This document shows, one piece after another, positions 39,106 through 42,656 of a stretch of 42,656 nucleotides of DNA (the stretch's first letter is position 1; the number at the start of each line of letters is the position of its first letter). The notes beneath the pieces were generated by a model that ran no database searches, was not told the origin of the DNA, and saw nothing but the letters and a program-made list of their open reading frames with translations. A program made the translations under genes and the position numbers. This DNA is from a virus (Duplodnaviria; Caudoviricetes). The stretch lies in the IMG/VR virus record IMGVR_UViG_3300030095_001515, positions 1-42,656 of that record. One strand, given 5' to 3'.

Positions 39106-39134
39106 TTTTTATCTTCTTCAAGATTGTTGGTCAA
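39106..39134 (-). promoter_or_regulatory. sigma70-like promoter for the candidate sRNA
   Basis: TTGACC-17-TAAAAA. Confidence 0.5.
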
Positions 39135-39343
39135 GTCCGTGTCTGTAAATAGTAGGTTTGATTTTCTTCCTCATCCCCCACATAAATTTCTTTAAAATTT
39201 AAAGACAGTCCAAAATCATATCCTTGTTTATAGTAGGCAGATGATTTTCTTATATCATCCATCTGCCCATGTATTAAAGCATCGTAAACTCCATCCTTAA
39301 AGTAAGCTAAATAACCTTGTCTTCTTTTTTCACTAGGATGCAT
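39131..39343 (-). CDS. hypothetical early protein
   Basis: Start MHPSEK; YFKDGVYDA...YYKQGYDFG. Confidence 0.6.
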   Translation of the reverse strand: MHPSEKRRQGYLAYFKDGVYDALIHGQMDDIRKSSAYYKQGYDFGLSLNFKEIYVGDEEENQTYYLQTRT

Positions 39344-39542
39344 TATCTTTTCTCCATTCCTCTTCCGATTCAAATATAAAACCATCGCCAATGGTGGCAT
39401 AATCAAACCACCCATGACCCTCACTAACTCCATCTAAAAAAGCATTTAGTTCGTTTTCAGTTTTAAATCGATAAGTTCTTAATGGATTATCATTTTGATA
39501 ATTTCTTTCGCCCCATGCTATTGTTACTGAATGTTTCAACAT
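39333..39542 (-). CDS. hypothetical early protein
   Basis: YRFKTENELNAFLDGV.E..GW. Confidence 0.65.
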   Translation of the reverse strand: MLKHSVTIAWGERNYQNDNPLRTYRFKTENELNAFLDGVSEGHGWFDYATIGDGFIFESEEEWRKDNAS

Positions 39543-39937
39543 AATTCTGCATCGAAGTGGCATTGACCTCGCTCCTTGATACAATCATGAATTTTATTTC
39601 CAAGGTCTAATCTTGCATACCATTCAAGATAAAACATGACACCCTTTTCAGTATAACTTTTTTTGGTTTTCTTATTTAAAAAGTCGGCTAACATTTGTTC
39701 GTTGTATCCTTTTTCTCCATCGGTATTAAAGAAATCATCTAAATGTTTTTTATAATCGCCTAAACAATTTTCACAGTTCTTAATACCCTCTTTGACTTTT
39801 GGTAAATCTCCATCGTCAAAATAATATTCTAGCGTCTCGGGTCTTTGTCCCTCGACACCAAAATAATCGGCATCGTCACTCGATTGAACTGCAAACCAAA
39901 ATTTGCCCTCAATGTCTCCATTGTAATATCTACCCAT
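39536..39937 (-). CDS. hypothetical early protein
   Basis: MGRYYNGDIEGKFWFAVQSSDDA. Confidence 0.7.
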   Translation of the reverse strand: MGRYYNGDIEGKFWFAVQSSDDADYFGVEGQRPETLEYYFDDGDLPKVKEGIKNCENCLGDYKKHLDDFFNTDGEKGYNEQMLADFLNKKTKKSYTEKGVMFYLEWYARLDLGNKIHDCIKERGQCHFDAELC

Positions 39938-40040
39938 TTTTTTCTTCCTCTCTACATTCATAACAAATTTCTCGACCATCATAAGGTGGTTCGTCTAAAT
40001 GGAATTTTTTATCGCAATCCCAACATTCATACTCGCCCAT
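39930..40040 (-). CDS. small Zn-ribbon protein
   Basis: CWDC...CYEC; GAGGAG RBS. Confidence 0.6.
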   Translation of the reverse strand: MGEYECWDCDKKFHLDEPPYDGREICYECREEEKNG

Positions 40041-40257
40041 TTCTATTCTCCTCAGCATAATTAGATTGATGTTCATTCCATGCATCAAATAATTCGGAAT
40101 AAATTTCTTGATCACTCATCGGTCGCATTAAATGAAAATGCTCAGTCATTTTAGATACGAACTCAATTCGCCTTTCACATTGAAAGATGGTCGATAATGC
40201 TATGTCCCAAAATCTTTCTTCTTGATCCATGATCATTTGTTTTACTTTACCCATCAT
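40027..40257 (-). CDS. hypothetical early protein
   Basis: GGAGG RBS; MMGKVKQM. Confidence 0.6.
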   Translation of the reverse strand: MMGKVKQMIMDQEERFWDIALSTIFQCERRIEFVSKMTEHFHLMRPMSDQEIYSELFDAWNEHQSNYAEENRNGRV

Positions 40258-40492
40258 TATCCTCCAATAAAAATTCATGCTTGAGTTTCCAAAAACTAGT
40301 TTCTAAATTTCTTATGTCTGATAAATAAAGATCATCTATTTCTTTGATGTTTTGTAAAACCTCGCCAATAATTTTATGTGTGTTTTGAATTGTTATTAAC
40401 TGATCTTGTGTAAGAGAATTCATCGCTCTCATTTTTTTTTGCATAGCAATAGATGCTTTTTTCAAAGCAATTTCTTTATCTTTTTTAGACAT
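40247..40492 (-). CDS. hypothetical early protein
   Basis: GGGAG RBS; start MSKKDK. Confidence 0.6.
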   Translation of the reverse strand: MSKKDKEIALKKASIAMQKKMRAMNSLTQDQLITIQNTHKIIGEVLQNIKEIDDLYLSDIRNLETSFWKLKHEFLLEDNDG

Positions 40493-40646
40493 TATTTGAC
40501 TCCCATGTTTGTTTAATATCTTGTTTAAAATTTTGTTGAGTATATGACCCATTGGCTAACTCAGTTAATATTTCTATCATCTCAGTTTGTGCCATATCCG
40601 ATCCTAGCCAAAACTTAACTTGCTCCATGGTTAATTGTTCAGACAT
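40485..40646 (-). CDS. hypothetical early protein (53 aa)
   Basis: AGGAG RBS; MSEQLTMEQVKFWLGSD...; fills gap; not in ORF track. Confidence 0.6.
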   Translation of the reverse strand: MSEQLTMEQVKFWLGSDMAQTEMIEILTELANGSYTQQNFKQDIKQTWESNNV

Positions 40647-40836
40647 TTTTTTCTCCTAATATTTCATTACCTTTACATAAAAAATTAACGCAACATTCTC
40701 CAAAAAGTTTATGTGCTTTGATCTCGTTCATTTCTCCCTCATCATAGAGTTCGAAAATTTCGTTAACTCTTCCATAAAGATCGTCAATGCTCATAACCAT
40801 TTTAGTTCTTTGTGATTTTGAAATTGTCTTAGACAT
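40639..40836 (-). CDS. hypothetical early protein
   Basis: GAGGGAG RBS; overlapping gene chain. Confidence 0.6.
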   Translation of the reverse strand: MSKTISKSQRTKMVMSIDDLYGRVNEIFELYDEGEMNEIKAHKLFGECCVNFLCKGNEILGEKNV

Positions 40837-41032
40837 CTTTTGACTCCCTCAATAAATGTTGTGCATAAAAAGTTCTGATGTCATTAATCTTATTATAAAG
40901 ACTAAAAACATATTCATACTCTTTTGTATTTCGATTAACTTTGGAAACTCGGCCATCTAACCAAGTTTCCATATCGCCAAGTTTCATGTCCTCTGCTTTT
41001 TGAGAACATTTTAATAATAAATCTTCAGACAT
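40829..41032 (-). CDS. hypothetical early protein
   Basis: Overlapping gene chain. Confidence 0.6.
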   Translation of the reverse strand: MSEDLLLKCSQKAEDMKLGDMETWLDGRVSKVNRNTKEYEYVFSLYNKINDIRTFYAQHLLRESKDV

Positions 41033-41402
41033 AATAAATTTTACCCCCTATTAATTTCTCACATAAAACTTTCATCTGTTTATATGTAATGTCATCATTG
41101 CAAGTAAATCCATGCTCCTCGGAAAAATATTCGTTAAATGATCGCTTGTCATTTACAAGATGCTCATTCCATAATTCCATGATCTTTGTCTCATCGGGTT
41201 TACTCTTCTCATATTCATGATCCTCGGCACGATTCCAAACTCGACTAAATCGTTTAAGCCATTTTATTTGATTGTTGGAAATCTTTTTTCTGCCACAACG
41301 ACCATCGAATATTAAATCATCGGCACTAGGTAATGGAGAGATGCCATGAGCATCCCCCCACTTGTTATAAATCTCAACTAATTGATCTATCCTACTCATC
41401 AT
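41025..41402 (-). CDS. hypothetical early protein
   Basis: AAGGAG RBS; ATGA coupling. Confidence 0.65.
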   Translation of the reverse strand: MMSRIDQLVEIYNKWGDAHGISPLPSADDLIFDGRCGRKKISNNQIKWLKRFSRVWNRAEDHEYEKSKPDETKIMELWNEHLVNDKRSFNEYFSEEHGFTCNDDITYKQMKVLCEKLIGGKIYYV

Positions 41403-41890
41403 GCATACTCCTTATATAATTTAAGAGCATCTTCAAAAGGCATGAAGTTCAAACACTTTGCTTTTGGATGTCTATTTCTTAAAACTGATTTAAACTCATC
41501 TTCGTCATACCCTCTAGGCTTTTTGTAGGCAAAAAGTTCCTTATCTTCTTGGCATAAAAACTTAGTAGTTAAATCTTTTTTAAGAGTTTTACTATCAAGC
41601 CAATCATATAATTTGTCATGACAAAAAGACTCAAGATCATAATCATAGTAATGTGTTTCTCCACCACTTTGAAATGATCCCTTTGGAAAATTGTCCTTGA
41701 TCCATGAATTAACTTTATCAACTTCTTTCCAAGAATAATCTCCATAACTATTTTGACGATCACTACCACCATGACCATCATTGCCCACATCAATCATTTT
41801 CTTACCATCAACATAAACAATTGCATTATAACAAGGTGTCTCTTGTGATCCTTGTTTGTAGTAAGTTATATTTTTAAGTTCTAATTTCAT
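41399..41890 (-). CDS. hypothetical early protein
   Basis: Start MKLELKNI; SQETPCY.A..Y.DGK...NDGHGG. Confidence 0.7.
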   Translation of the reverse strand: MKLELKNITYYKQGSQETPCYNAIVYVDGKKMIDVGNDGHGGSDRQNSYGDYSWKEVDKVNSWIKDNFPKGSFQSGGETHYYDYDLESFCHDKLYDWLDSKTLKKDLTTKFLCQEDKELFAYKKPRGYDEDEFKSVLRNRHPKAKCLNFMPFEDALKLYKEYA

Positions 41891-41891
41891 T

Positions 41892-42059
41892 TTACACATC
41901 TCCCTTTGCATATATTTTTTCTGCATCTTGATAGTTTTCCATTTTTTCAATTGATAAAACATCTTTGTATCCTTTTTTCTCTAGGATTTTTTTCATGGAA
42001 AGAGCCTCGTTATAAGTCTCATAATATCCATAAACTCCGTAACAAAATAAAACGTACAT
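41892..42059 (-). CDS. hypothetical early protein (55 aa)
   Basis: GGAGGT RBS; TAATG coupling; MYVLFCYGVYGYYETYNEALSMKK...; not in ORF track. Confidence 0.6.
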   Translation of the reverse strand: MYVLFCYGVYGYYETYNEALSMKKILEKKGYKDVLSIEKMENYQDAEKIYAKGDV

Positions 42060-42373
42060 TATTTACCTCCATAGTTTTTTACAAAATTTAGAATTTCATT
42101 CCAATCATTACTGTTAAAAAGGTCGTTACCCTCTCCATATTCTTCTGCAATAATGATTGCATATTTATTTTCAAATCCCTCAAGTTTCTTTGTCTCTTCA
42201 TCCATTACAAAAATTTGTAATCCATTAGGACTTGCGAAACTCGGACAAACATCATTTTTATAAGAACAAGTATCCCATTCATGAGGAATGGAAACATCAA
42301 TCTTAATGCTTGGATGTGTGACCTTTGGATCAGTATAATAGTTTTCTGAAAAGTCTTTGTTTTTTAAAGTCAT
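42059..42373 (-). CDS. hypothetical early protein
   Basis: W...SYKNDVCPSF; GGAG RBS favours ATG 42373. Confidence 0.65.
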   Translation of the reverse strand: MTLKNKDFSENYYTDPKVTHPSIKIDVSIPHEWDTCSYKNDVCPSFASPNGLQIFVMDEETKKLEGFENKYAIIIAEEYGEGNDLFNSNDWNEILNFVKNYGGK

Positions 42374-42443
42374 AATTTTCTCCATGTAATTAACTTTAAT
42401 TAACCCTACCATAATACTACATAGGACACAAGCCTTAATGTTG

Positions 42444-42605
42444 TGTCACACTTATAACAGTATTTTGAAAGAAATTACTTTTATAAAAAAAGTTTCAAAT
42501 ATAGTGTGACAAGTGTGACAAGTGTGACTAACCACATTGTAACCTATGTATAGAGTCAAAAAACCATGTCACACTTCTCTTCAAATTTGTCACACTTGTC
42601 ACACT
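42444..42605. repeat. direct and inverted 9-bp repeats AGTGTGACA/TGTCACACT (7 copies)
   Basis: Forward x3 tandem at 42503-42529 (third copy ends in T); reverse at 42444-52, 42567-75, 42588-96, 42597-605; AT-rich non-coding context. Confidence 0.85.
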
Positions 42606-42656
42606 TCAATCTGACGCATTGACGTTTTTTCTTTTTTTGTTTTACTTATCTTTAGA

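Noticed and set aside
41892-42059. Suspected frameshift at the A7 run
   Set aside because: Careful re-translation gives an intact 55-aa ORF.
42503-42606. CRISPR-like array
   Set aside because: Repeats are only 9 bp, tandem or inverted, with no regular spacers and no cas genes.

Overview
AT-rich fragment of a tailed dsDNA bacteriophage, most likely a marine podovirus of an alphaproteobacterial host; both family and host are inferred from gene content. Positions ~1-26.6 kb (+) are a late/morphogenesis operon. It encodes small Lys-rich proteins, a GroES-like co-chaperonin, scaffold, Mu gpT-like major capsid, adaptor/tail proteins, tail fibres, ejection proteins and a T4-type lysozyme. Positions 26.6-34.5 kb (-) are the replication operon: PolA, a PAPS-reductase-like protein, UvrD helicase, AlpA HTH, AEP primase and an SSB-like protein. 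A divergent SNF2 helicase follows, then a leftward early region with a C5 methyltransferase and many small ORFs, ending in inverted 9-bp repeats. No terminase, portal or integrase was recognised. Highlights: (1) two perfect bacterial parS palindromes inside the scaffold gene; (2) a candidate c4/CI-like antisense sRNA with its own promoter and terminator and bipartite complementarity to the next gene's RBS; (3) a dual-frame two-chain C5 MTase with three tandem TRD-like modules; (4) a structured leader downstream of the capsid gene; (5) an amicyanin-type copper motif in a tail protein. All product calls come from reading motifs by eye, not database searches.
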